Source of the DNA: Eledone cirrhosa
Taxonomy: Eukaryota
NCBI GenBank assembly: GCA_964016885.1
Contig: OZ024750.1
Span: forward strand, 24,242,001-24,306,000
Direction of reading: 5' to 3'
DNA: 64,000 nt
In this document: one piece after another, positions 13,801 through 28,400 of the stretch
Position numbering within the stretch: the stretch's first letter is position 1
How the letters are laid out: every line of letters starts with the position of its first letter
Program-made: the position numbers and the translations under genes
Notes under the pieces: generated by a model
Seen by the model: only the letters and a program-made list of their open reading frames with translations
What the model was told of the DNA's origin: nothing
Databases searched by the model: none

Positions 13801-16800
13801 TTCTTCTAAAGTGCCAAGTTAAATAAACTTTTATAATCTTTACAGGAATGGAAAATTGGATGTAAAAACGATGAACATTTCAGTTTTATGTCTACTAGGC
13901 TATAGTGGCATGAGTTGATTAAGTTATTATGGACCAAGTCAGATTTTACTTAGAGTTAGTGTTCTCTTAGATGGATCACATGCAGATAATCCAGATTTGA
14001 GGAAAACTGGTCTTTAAAGTCAGCTAGTGAATGTAATGGATTTGTTTCAGTATTATATTTTGTATTTGAAATGATTTCCTTGTATTTGCAGTTTCCTGGC
14101 CAGCTCGGAAAGAACACTACTATCCCTTGTGCAATTGTGCTGCAGATGGTTCTGGTTTTATTTGCTCTGAAAATGGACACAAAAAACCCAAGAGTAAAAC
14201 ATTAGTAACAAGTGATATAATTCAGGATATAAGTAGAACAGATCCTGAGAAGTTTTTCTTGTATACAACAGATGAATATAGATTGCATCGGTAAATCTGA
14301 AATAATTTCCATTGCTTTATATGATATTAGGTATACTTAATCTCCTAAAACTATCCCAAATCCAAACTGTTAATTTGAAAATAATATTTCTAGAATATCC
14401 TATTACATTTATCTGTTACCTTGCTATAAATTCTATTGTTAATGTGTTTTAGCTATGGTGGTATGTCATTTGGATTGGAACGTTCAATGGTGCCAAAAGA
14501 CTTTGGAAAATCCGCACCAGCACCTTTTAGACGTCTTGCAGTAAGAAATGTAGCAAAGGTATTAAAATATTTAGCTGCTTCATTCTTGAAATTCAAGTGA
14601 AGAGTTGATTAGATTTTTATTTATTGTAATTTTTTTTTCCAGGTGTTCTTTAATCCGAAAGGTTTCCATTCAACACCTGTGTACTTAAATACACTTAATA
14701 ATGCTATTTTAAGGGCTAATTTACCCAAAGAGAAGGGTAACCCAGCTGCATATGGTAAGTTGTATTTTTTAGCAATTATTTTAATGTCAAATTGTTTTGT
14801 TTTTAAATTAATATAAAAGTATAAATTTAAATAATTTTAAAAGCCATACAATACATTAGAAAATTAAAGGTGTCAAGATAACGATAGAATTTTACCTTAG
14901 CAAATTTAATTATCCCAAATATTTTCAGGTTTAAAAACCCATTATCATGGGAGTATCCCTGTGAAGGTCTTAAAGGACCAGTTGGAGATGAGTTATTAGG
15001 AAGGCAGATTTAATTTAAATTACATTTAAAATAAATCTGCTTTCATAACGACAACCGGCCCTTTAAGACCTTTGCAGAGATACTCCCTTGATAATAGCTA
15101 ATAAGCTCTTCATAATGTACCATACTGACCACTGAATCAAGTACTAATATTGTTGCTTCTGTATGTCTAATTTTGTTCCTCTGAAATTTCCTGTTCAACA
15201 ACTTTCAATGAAGATATTTCAGTCAACTAAAACATCCTCTTCTACATAGATTATTTACATTTAAAAGTTCAAAATATGTTAACAAAATGTAGCAAATTCT
15301 TCTGAAGTGCCAAGTTAAATAAATTTTTATAATTAACCTTCTGTATCCAAGGCCAATATAATTATACCAGAGAAAGATTATCAATGATTTAATTGTCCAT
15401 TTTAAATTTTATTTGTTATTAATGGGCCTTTTAAACTACATTAGCTATCTTCTACAGGGTTGGATTTATCAAGGGTGGAGAGCAAAAGGGGTGAATGCCC
15501 TGGCACCCCTAAGATATAAATATGGCCCTGATCTTAGACTTGAAAGTTGTTTTATTGTTTATATTCAGATTTTATGATTAAAGTTTAAACTTTGTGTATA
15601 GTTGTTTCATTTATCTTATTTAGTTTTAAGTAAAAAAAAGTATTAAAAAATACTTTTTTAGTTAGTTATTTGTCAGTATTATTTATTCATTATTTTATCT
15701 TGCTCAAGTATTTTTTCAGTCAAATTTAATTTGCTAATTGAACTGAATTTGTAAACAAAACATTTGTAAATTAACCCTTTAGCATTTACATTACTCTGTA
15801 TTTACTATTATATTTTCACGGTAAACACTTTATCTTACATAATTATCTCACATAATATCAAATCTACGAGATTTTGATATTTATTTTGAGAACAATACCT
15901 TAACTTAAGTATGAACAGCCAGTTATGGCTGGTTTGAAGAGAAATAGGTGAGAGAATTCTGGCCGGTTTAAATGCTAAAGGGTTAAGAGAAACAACAAAA
16001 TGTGAATGAAAATAAAATGAAAATGATCTTCTTTTGACAGGAATTACTTTGACCAACCATCCTATGAATCATACTAACAATAAATTATCTATGGATTACA
16101 TGTAAGCATCTTTAAACTGAGAGAATCAGTTAATTTTCTACTTCAGTGTGTCAGTAATGGATTTTTGCTTTATTATTTAAGTGTTTGAGATGTTTGGGGG
16201 AGCTGGGCAATGAAGTTCTTGTCATCATTGTGGACTTGCCTTGCTGAGGTATCAGGTGATATCTGCAAGGGCACTTGATTATTCCAGTAACTTAGCCTGG
16301 CTATCAACGACAGTTATGTTGTGAATGTATTGGCTTGTCTAAAAACCTTATTAGAGGGAGGCTCCAGTACTGACCCTTGTGGTGTGTGATTGAGTATTTG
16401 GATTTTTTTCCCCATCTTTTTTTTTCCTTATTGATTATTGATAATTTACTCAAATTAAGTATTTTCTCTATATATTATTCTATTGATAAATCAATCAATT
16501 TAGATATAATTCCAGAAAAATATATAACCAGAAATTTAGTAGCAATATAAGCTTTTACTGTATTTTTGACTAAAGAAATCTTTAGCCTGAAAGTGGGGTT
16601 TAATACCCTCTAAAAATTAGAAAAGGATGAGTATTGATGTACATGAGTTGAGCCCACCTCTTTGGTTATCCAGACCACTGTTCTACCATTACACCAACAC
16701 ATCAAAACTTTCTTATATAACCAGATTTATTTATTCTTGTTTCTCAAATCTGAATTCATGTTTCTCTCAATAATCTCCCATAAATTATACACACACCATA

Positions 16801-19800
16801 ATTACTGTCTTGAGATTCTAATTATGTACATTTTATTTCTTTGAAAACAGCCTCCAAGGATCCGATGTGCTGATTGCAATTTTCATCATTGTTGCGATGT
16901 CATTTGTCCCAGCAAGTTTTGTATTATTCTTGGTTTATGAACGTTCTATCAAAGCAAAACACTTGCAATTTGTCAGTGGCATGGACCCTTTTATCTACTG
17001 GTTAGCAAATTATGTGTGGGATATGGTATGTTACCTCATATTCACTTTTCATTTTAAACTAACATTCATGTAAAAAGAAACTCTAAAAGAATTATTTAAA
17101 AATATGAAATAATCTCATAAATTTTTAATGTATTGCATTAACCAACATTACAAAATAAAATGATTCTATATGGGTCTTGGAGTGCTCCATGCACCAATAT
17201 AAATATTTGAACACACATCTATATATAAATTTCTGTAATTCTGTCACAACACGTAAAGAGAGAGTAGTTTGACTACATCATACTATTCCTCTCTCTTTAT
17301 GTTTGCTGCTTGCAGAAGGAAAGGGGTGGTGAAAAGAAGGAAAGGGGTAGTGAAAAAAGTATAGCAAAATAGTGGCTGGCGTTCCATTTGTTATGCTGTG
17401 TGTGTTTGTGTGAAAGTATGTGCGTGTTTGTGTGAATGTATGTGTTTGTGTGAATGAGGGTGTATTTTTGTGTGTCTGTTTGCATGTTTATATTTATATA
17501 CTCATAAATATGAATGGATGCACATACACACATGCACACACATATACACATATGAAGAAGTAGTTAACCCGCCAACCACGCAACAATTCAAGGCAAAATT
17601 GGACCGGTGTTGGACCACTGTGTTTCCGACTGTGTAAATTTTGCCCCTCTCCCCTCCTTACATGGCATCTGAAGCATCTATGTTTTATTTTCTGCCAAAT
17701 ATACTGAATTGAATTGAATCATATAGAAAAAATACTAGTCTTTAGAAAAATCTGAAATATAAATTTTTTTTTCAGTGTAATTATGTGATCCCTGCATTTT
17801 GCTGTATTGGAATCCTTCTAATTTTTGATATTCCATCGTATGTATCACCAACGAATCTGCCAGCAGTTGTTTCCCTTTTCTTGTTATATGGGTTAGTATT
17901 GCTTCAGTCTTTCTTATATATAAATTCAAGGTTGTAAAGGAGAGGTATATAATCAGTTTAATCGATCGTATTGATTTATTTTACCACTGTAAATACAGAA
18001 AAACCAACTTCCCACGAACACAAGCCGAAGCATATATACAGTATGCCCACCCCCACCCTCCCACAGAGCCCCATGAGGACGGGCCAAAGTAAATGCATCT
18101 AGTGAATCCCCCAGCCCACACTGTAAAGTGGTCATGTAGGTGTCACGACAAAAATCACCCAGCCCACACTGTAAAGTGGTTGTGTAAAAGACATGGTAAA
18201 AAGCACCCAACACACAATGTAAATGTGGTTGGTGCTAGGAAGTTTCTTGATGATTGGTTTTGTCCATAAAATCCACCCATAGTATCAGAGCTGTGATCTC
18301 TTAATTCTGAGAAGTAGCAGCTCTGATATATAAAATATAATCAAAATTTATTCAAGACTGTTTATTCATAGAACAGCTCCTGGTTTTATGATAGAAAACT
18401 GTTTTAAAGTAATTTATATTTATCTAAAATCTTTCCCTCATAATTCTATGTTAGAACCTTTGTTAAATTGTATTCCAAATAGCAGCTGAATGTGAAATTT
18501 AGTTATACTACTAAATCACTTCAAATTTGTTGATAATTTAAAAAATTATTTGAAAGCTACAGGCAGTTGCTTTCATTAGACATATGGTGAAGAAAGGGTT
18601 AAATTATTTTGCTTAAATAAATAAATAATTCGATAAAAATGAAATTTTGTTTTTAAATGACTTCTTTTGTAGTTGGTCAATCACTCCAGTCATGTACCCA
18701 GCCTCGTTTTGGTTTCGGGAACCAAGTACAGCTTACATCTGCCTCATTGTTATCAACTTATTTGTAGGCATCACCTGCATTGTTTGCAGTTTTCTTCTAG
18801 AAATATTCTCTTATGATAAGGTTTGTAATTCTTATGTTTTTTTTTAAGTATCTCTTGTTTTCCTCTAATATTTACATTTATTTTAAAATTTAAGATTTTT
18901 CATCTTTTATTTAGAAATGTTATACAAAAAAATATATTCATTTATTGATATACTTTAACCTTTAGCATGCTAGAAATGTTTATGAATTGCTCCCCTTGAC
19001 ATTGCATTATGTATTAAGGGGAGATTACTCTGTCGGCAACATAATGCACCTTTAATGTCCCAAAGGTTAACATATTTTATTTGTGATGAATGCTTTATGA
19101 AATTATAAATACTTATTTTGTCTAAATTAAGAATTTGCATAATCCATATCAAAATATTATTTGCACTTAACATCAACTGCAAGAACTAATAGTTAATTAT
19201 TATTAGCACTTAACATTAATTGGAAGAAACAAAAGTTAGTTAATAGCATTTGGAAGAAATAATAGTTAATTATGTTTATAAAGTAATATTGTATATTGAT
19301 TAAAATAAAAATCTTAAAAGGGAAGGATAGAAAGGGAAAGATTAAGAAAAACATAATGGAGGAGGAAATGAAAGCCAGGAGGTTGGTGAAGAGGTGATAG
19401 GACAAAACGAAGAACCATATCATGGGGTCTGTAAGGCTTAACCTCTATTTTAGAACGGGAAATGGCTTTAAAACATTGTTAAAATGGAAAGTAAGCATAT
19501 AAATATTTTAGTTATATTTGAGCTGTATTTTGTACTTTCAACCATATTTTCTACTCTGATTGGTCTTTAGATATTAATTTCAATTTTGAATATTAAATAG
19601 GTAACCAATTTGCTAAGTTGTTAGAACTATTTGCTAAGTTAGAACTATTTGCTAAGCTGTTATGACTAAATGCCTTGCAACATTTGTTCTGGGACTCTTT
19701 ATTCTGAATTCCAGTCCCCACTGAGGTCAATTAAGCTTTTCATCCTTTCGGGGTTGATAAAATAAAGTACCAGTTCAGGGTGGTGATTGTCAAAATAGTC

Positions 19801-21035
19801 AAAGCTTCAGATGAAATGCCTTGTGGTGTTTGTTCTAGTTTATTTATTTATTTATTTTGCATTGAGTTCCAATCCTGGCCTCACCTATAATTTGGTTTAA
19901 TACCACCAATTCATCCTTGGATGCATTTAGTAGAGTGAACTCTATTGCAAATATTCAGCTTAGGTCTATGGTTTAAGGACACTGTCTCCCTTCTACCAAT
20001 CTTAGAGGCCCTGAAATGAATCATAGGCACCTTAACCATTTAGCATTTAAACTGGCTTTATCCGGCCAGAATTCTTTCACCTCTTTCTGTTCAAACCAGC
20101 TGTAACTTGCTACTCATACTGATGTTAAGGTATTGTTCTCAAAATAAAGATCAAAATCTCATAGATTCGATATTATGTGAAATATTATGTGAGATAAAGT
20201 GTTTACTGTGAAAACATAACAGTAAATATGGTGTAATGTAAATGCTAATGGGTTAAGGATACCGTTTCCCTTCTACCAATCTTTGAGGCCCTGAAATGAA
20301 TCATGGGCACCTTAAAGAGTGAAAAAAAAAAAAAAGCAGCAAAATTAATTATAGCAATTCTTTCAAAATAGTAAGGATTTTTCATTCAACTTGAATAGTT
20401 TTTGTATGGGTATTAGTGTGTATACTTCAAATACCAAATATTATCTTGTGCATCTAATAAATCCAATTATTTTTTTTATTATTTTTCCAGGACCTGAAAC
20501 GTATACACTTACTTCTAAAAAATATATTCCTACTTTTTCCTAATTATTGCCTTGGCAGAGGATTGATGGATATTGCATTCAATCAGTACAAGAACATGTT
20601 TTATTTCAAAACAGGTAAATTTGATTTTTTAATGAAATCAAACACTTGGTGTTTTTCCCCCCATTAAATATTACTTATATCTTTAACCCTTTAGCTTTTG
20701 TATATTGATCATATAGAACATAGATAGATATGAATGTGGAAGGTAAAAGAAGAGGAAGACCAAAAAAAGGCATGACTAAAAATGATGAAAGGGAAAATGA
20801 AAGTCGGGTAGCTGGTGAGGGGGATGTGGTTGATGGGGAAAGTGGAGAAGCTTGTGATGGGGCCTGCAAGGTTAACTCTTTCTTTAACAAGGATATGGTC
20901 TAAAGACATGTTTGTGAGGAGGGGTAGTGCATACATTCTTGTGCTTAAAAATATTCAATAGTTCAACTACTTGTGTATATATGCTATGTATAGGTGAAAT
21001 ATATTGTATATATATATATACTATGTATAGGTGAA

Positions 21036-21067
<32 letters not shown>

Positions 21068-22390
21068 CTATGTATAGGTGAAATATATTGTATATATATG
21101 CTATATATAGATGAAATATATTGTATATATATGCTATGTATAGGTGAAATATATTGTATATATATATATGCTATGTATAGGCGAAATATATATATATATG
21201 CTATGTATAGATGAAATATATTAAATATATATGCTATGTATAGGTGAAATATATTATATATCTATATATATATATATACTATGTATAGGTGAAATATATT
21301 GTATATATGCTATGTATAGGTGAAATATATTATATATATATATATATGCTATGTATAGGTGAAATATATTGTATATATATGCTATGTATAGGTGAAATAT
21401 ATTACATATATATGCTATGTATAGGTGAAATATATTGTATATATATGCTATGTATAGGTGAAATATATTATATATATATATGCTATGTATAGGTGAAATA
21501 TATTATATATATATGCTATGTATAGGTGAAATATATTAAATATATATATATATGTACTATGTATAGGTGAAATATATTGTATATATATACTATGTATAGG
21601 TGAAATATATTATATATATATGCTATGTATAGGTGAAATATATCGTATATATATGTACTATGTATAGATGAAATATATTGTATATATGCTATGTATAGGT
21701 GAAATATATTGTATATATATGCTATGTATAGGTGAAATATATTATATATATATGCTATGTATAGGTGAAATATATTGTATATATATGCTATGTATAGGTG
21801 AAATATATTATATATATATGCTATGTATAGGTGAAATATATTATATATATATGCTATGTATAGGTGAAATATATATATATATATATGCTATGTATAGGTG
21901 AAATATATTGTATATATATACTATGTATAGGTGAAATATATTATATATATATGCTATGTATAGGTGAAATATATTATATATATATATGCTATGTATAGGT
22001 GAAATATATTATATATATATGCTATGTATAGGTGAAATATATTACATATATATGCTATGTATAGGTGAAATATATTGTATATATATATGCTATGTATACA
22101 TGAAATATATTACATATATATATATGCAATGTATAGGTGAAATATATTGTATATATATGCTATGTATAGGTGAAATATATTGTATATATATGCTATGTAT
22201 AGGTGAAATATATTGTATATATATGCTATGTATAGGTGAAATATATTGTATATATATGCTATGTATACGTGAAATATATTGTATATATATATATATATAT
22301 GCAATGTATAGGTGAAATATATTGTATATATATATATGCTATTTATACATGAAATATATTACATATATATATATGCAATGTATAGGTGAA

Positions 22391-22441
<51 letters not shown>

Positions 22442-25400
22442 TATGTATAGGTGAAATATATTGTATATATATGCTAAGTATCTCTCTTTGCCCTGTAACT
22501 CCTGAGAGAGACAGGGGCACCATCTTGATATACACATTTAAAAACCTTTAGGATATCTGGCTGGAGGATGTCTGCAACATCTGTGGAAAAGCTGGTCTTT
22601 CTAGGGCTGGGCTTGCTAGTCATTTAAGAGCCAACAGCAATAAGTAGTCTGATTGACTTAGACTTAAACCTACACAGCCATATGATTATGATGTATATGT
22701 TGTATATTTTCAGGACAATACCATTATATGAGGTCTCCATTTGAGTGGGACTTGACAACAAAAAACCTTACAGCTATGGCAGGAACAGGATTGTTCTTCT
22801 TCATCGTTACTCTTCTATGTGAATATCGTTTTTTCATAAAATCAAGGTAAGATATAGATATCATCATCATCATTTTACATCTGCTTTTCCCTGCTTGCAA
22901 GGGTGGGACAGGAACTGATTCTGGCTTGATTTCTACAGTTGGATGCCCTTCCTAGCACCAACCTCATTTACAGTGAGTGCTGGGTGCTTTTTTGCCATGG
23001 CGCCTACACGTCCACTTTACAGTAGAATGATATGGACCCCAGTCCCTATCATCTCATTTCTACAGCTGAGTAAACTGGAGCAATGTGAAATAACATGTCT
23101 TGCTCAAGGAAACAACACATCACCTGGTCTGAGAATTGAACTCATAACCTTTCGATTGCAAGGCCAATGCTCTAACCACTAATCCATGTGCCTCCAGATA
23201 TATATATATATAAGTTCCCATGACTTTCGGAAACATTTTTTCACGCTCAGAGTTGCTGAAGCATGGAACAAACTACCTGCATCAGTTGTTAGCTGTCGAG
23301 ACACTGCATCCTTTAAGGCCTCCATGCTTCCCCGAGATCCGCCAACACTACAGCTAACACATACACACATGTACTTCCCTGACATTTGTGTATTATTCTA
23401 TGTACTATACATATACCTTTGACGAGTTGTAGTGCACCTGAGCACTTTACACAATAATTTCATTATTATTATTATATAAAATTAAATTAAGTAAGTCATG
23501 TCTGAGAATATCAGAATGAATCCATACATAAATTTGTTATAAAAGTCTTCTTATATATAAATTATTGAATCAGTTTTTCATTTATTTTGTATGCAATTGA
23601 TTTTTGAAGGCAATCGGATGTTGCTAACAAACTGTCACAAGATGAAGATGTTGATGTTTCCAGTGAAAGGAAACGTATTTTGAGAGGTTCTGGTTGCAAT
23701 GATGCATTGTGTCTGAAGAATTTAACAAAGGTAATATTCTATTTTTCTTTTACTGGTTTGTCATTAGACTGGCCATGCTGGGGCACTGCCTTAAAAGGAA
23801 GGGATTCAGTTAACCATCTGGTATATACTTTATCAGTTTATGGGACATAAACAAGCAGTAAATGACAACACAGACTTACACTCACACCAGCTCCCAAAAT
23901 ACGGTTCTGCTATGAACAGGGTACAGTGTGGCCAACTGGCCAAACTTGCCACATTGTAAATGTGGTTGGTGCTAGGAAGAGCATCCAGCTGTAAAAAAAC
24001 CCAACCAAAATACAGTTTCGTTTGAGCAAGGTATAGTGGGGCCAACTGGTCAGACTTGCCTCACAATTTGGACAACCTGTCTAACCCATGCAAGCATGGA
24101 AAAATAAGACATTAAACGATGATGATGATTGCTTATATGAATTATCTTTTTCTGTTGATGATAGGATACATCATCATCATCATCATCATTTCATTTTACG
24201 TCCGCTTTTCCCTGCTTGCAAGGGTGGGATGGGAACTGATTCTGGCTTGATTTCTACAGCTGGATGCCCTTCCTAACACCAACCTCATTTACAGTGAGTG
24301 CTGGGTGGTTTTTGCCGTGGCACCTCCACGGCCACTTTGCAGTGGAATGATATGGACCCTAGTCCTATCATCTCATTTCTACAGCTGAGTAAACTGGAGC
24401 AATGTGAAATAAAGTGTCTTGCTCAAGGAAACAACACATCACCTGGTCTGAGAATTGAACTCACAACCTTTTGATTGCAAGGCCAATGCTCTAACCACTA
24501 AGCCATGTGCCTCCATACGATAAACCATATCCTATACTTTGACACCTTCTCTAGCAGCAACCTGGTGTGTTTGGGTAGCAACCTGGTGTGTTTGGGTAGC
24601 AACCTGGTGTGTTTGGGTAGCAACCCAGGCTCTGCTGCCCACGAGGCTAAAGAGGGCAAACTGTCCAAATATCAGCAATTCTCTGATGGGTTTGTGGTAG
24701 AGCCTGTAGCAGTAGAGATTTCCAGCATTCTTGGTCCCCAGACCACATCTGTGATCAGGTCCAAACCCTGCGAGGTGGAATGGCTGTTCCAGTGCATCTC
24801 CCTCACCATCCTCTAGGACAATGTATTCTCCATCCTCTTGGCTGGGACCAAGAGGCAGAGAGTAAGTTAGTTGGAGATGGAGAATACTTGTTCTGATCTC
24901 ACACATATACACTCATACTCAACCCCTTATACATTTTACATTTTAATACTGATTAAATAGTTAAATTTTTACAAATATTTCATCTAAATTTAAATGGACA
25001 TATGTTGTTATTTCCTGAAATTAATGTCAGCTGTTTAACCCTTTAGCATTTAAACCAGCCATATTCGGCCATAATTCTCTCACCTCTTTCTGTTCAAACT
25101 GGTTGTAACCGGCCACTCATACTGATGTTAAGGTATTGTTCGCAAAATAAATATAAAAATCTCGTAGATTCGATATTATGCGAGATAATTATTTAAGATA
25201 AAGCCTTTACCGTAAAAATACAATAGTAAATATAGAGTAAATGTTAAAGGGTTAGACATTCATCTAAATACTTTAATTTTGTTCTGAATTAATTTATAGG
25301 ATAGTATTGACTGTAAACTAATTATTATTAATTGGCATAACTGTATGGTTATGATGTTTGATTTGGACTCATATGGTTTCAGCTTCACCACTTTGTTAAA

Positions 25401-28400
25401 TATGAACTTCTTTTATGTTTTAGATGTATGTGACCAGAAAATTGGGCAAACATTTAGCTGTGGATCATCTTTGTCTAGGTGTACCAACTGGTGAGGTAAA
25501 TATTACTTGATATATATGTATATATACAGGGTGTCCCCCCAAAAATGTATACACACTTTTAATTACTTGTACAGGTAATTGTTTATTAGATAATTTTGAG
25601 GTATAACAAAATCCCAGGAACCACAAAATAACTAATATAAGCTACACTAAAATACATTGAATGTTTTTCAGTTAACTTTGAAAATAATCAAGTATTTGGA
25701 TTGTTTCAGTAAAATAATTTTTTCTTTAAATTGATGTAAAAAACATACAATTAAAATTCTTACATAAAATTATAATGGAAGAGTTTAATTTAAATATGAA
25801 TACTTTAAAATAGACAGTTTTGTCACAGAACCAGATGTAGTTTCAATTGGGTTGATATCAAAAGGCTTCACCTGAAACTTGTTTATCATTAATCTAAATT
25901 AATGAATGTTGAATAAAGATTATTATTTTTTTCTAAGCAATAATATATTTTCTTGTAGTGTTTTGGGCTGCTAGGTGTGAATGGTGCTGGAAAAACTACA
26001 ACTTTCAAGATGCTGACAGGAGATATAGCACCAACAAATGGAGATGCTGAGCTGCACCGTTTTAGGTAAAGTCTTTTAAAATGATTTCAGAAAAAAAAAT
26101 GTATCTGAAACATTTAAATTATGTATGTAGCTGAATATCAAATAGTTTATTCATCATCATGTTATGTCTGTTGTTCCGTGCTTGCATGGGTTGGACAGGC
26201 CCTTCTTAGTACAGCATCTTATTAACATTAATAACAGTGTCTACATAACTGGACAGTTAGATCACTGTATGAAAGCCTTCAATGTTATAGAAACATTATC
26301 AAAAACATTGGTTCAAAAGCGCAGCTCAAATGTGAAGATCACACTGTATCCCTGAGTGTTTCAAGAGGTGACTAAAAGAGTTGATGCCTTTCAGGGCATC
26401 AAACCATAAAACATTGCCACAGAAAAGACCCCATGATGAGTATGATTAATCATGCCATGGGGCCTGCAATGTTAATGTCTGCTTTAACAGGATAAAAATG
26501 GCCTTAAAATGCCTGTATTGTATAGCATAATCTTTGTAAATATTCCAATGACTTGTTGTGACAATTATCTTTCTTATGCTACTATTTCAACATATCTTGT
26601 TTAGATATAAATTATTATTCTTGTGTGGCCATAATATAATATGTCTTTCCGTAATAGTATCTTGAAAGACCTGGGTAAAGTACGACAGAATATTGGATAT
26701 TGCCCCCAGTTTGATTCTCTTTATGATGAATTATCAGCCCGAGAACATCTTCAGTTTTATGCCAGGCTTAGAGGGATACCTCCTAAGGATGAAGCAGTTG
26801 TAAGTTGACATTTTATCTTTCTTATTCAAGTTTTGTATTAAAGTGTATAACAAAATACTGGATTGTATGAATATAACAAAACACTAGGTTGTGTATATAA
26901 CGTTTAATTAACAAGTTGAAGTTATGTAGAACAGTATAGTTGACATGTCAATGAATAGTATATGAAAGAATGAAGTAAAGTTATTTGTTACGGTTTTGAA
27001 GTTAGCTCGCAAGAGGCCATGTTAGGGTTCCCAGTCGAACGCGCCTTGCTGAAGAACCTTGTCTGCAGAAAAATTTGAATGTATTTATTTATTTTTTTAA
27101 AATTCACATTAATGGTCCGTGGGATTTAAAATTATGAATTTAGTGGGCCATGAGGTTGGCGACTGCTGTTCTATATGGCTTAGTCATCATAGTTTCAATC
27201 CTTACATTTTCAACAGATCTTTGAAATATGCAAAACTAACTCCTATAATAAAACATGAAAGTGGTCACAGTTGGCTTAAATATCTTGCCCTATCTTTTAA
27301 TGTTAGTAAAATTTATTGGAAGAGATGTAGTACCCATTTACTTTGGAAACTCTGCCAGCCTAGTGAGATTAATATCATAGAAGTTTAGTTTAACCCTTTA
27401 CTATTTACATTACTCTATATTTACTATTGTATTTTTGTGGTACATAATTATCTCGCATGATATCGAATCTAGAAGATTTTGGTGCTATTTATTTTGAGAA
27501 CAATACCTTAATGTCAGTATGAGTGGCCAGTTATCGCCGGTTTGAACAGAAAGAGGTGAAAGAATTCTGGACGGATACAGCCGGTTTAATTGCTAAAGGG
27601 TTAAATATCTGCCAAAATCATATATTAATCATTGGTTTTTCTTTCAGGTTGTCAACCAGGCTTTAAAGAAATTAGCTTTGACTGAATTTGCAGACAAGGC
27701 ATCAGGCACTTACAGTGGTGGTAATAAAAGGAAACTGTCCACTGCTATAGCCCTAATAGGAAACCCTCCAGTTATTTTTATGGTACAGTATAAATTTGCT
27801 GTTATTGTCTTATACTAGTGAGAATATCAAAAATGTTTATTTTGATATTTGTCTACTTCACTTTCTACTGTTTCCATAATTTTATTCTAGGATGAACCTA
27901 CCACAGGCATGGATCCATATTCCAGACGATTCCTCTGGAATCTAATTATAGATCTTGTAAAATCTGGTCGATCTGTCATACTCACCTCACATAGGTAAAG
28001 GCTTTCTCTTTTGTATTTTTTCTTATTATTCTACTTTAACCCTTTAGCATTTACATTACTCTATATAAACTATTATATTTACTATTGTATTTTCGTATAT
28101 CGAATCTATTAGATTTTGATATTATTAATTTTGAGAACAATACCTTAATGTTGGTATAAAAGGCAGGTTACAACTGGTTTTAACAGAAAGAGGTGAGAGA
28201 GTTCTGGCCAGATATGGCTGGTTTAAATGCTAAAGGGATAAAGTTTAAATTGGAAATGAATTTTACTTTTGTTTTAATTCACTTATTGTTATTTTTTCAA
28301 TAGCATGGAAGAGTGTGAAGCTCTGTGTACACGCTTAGCTATTATGGTAAATGGTAGCTTCAAGTGTCTTGGCAGCACCCAACATTTAAAAAATAAATAT

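Noticed and set aside
21289-22537. ORFs with repeated MLCIGEIY or [11 protein letters not shown]
   Set aside because: Translations of the intronic minisatellite.
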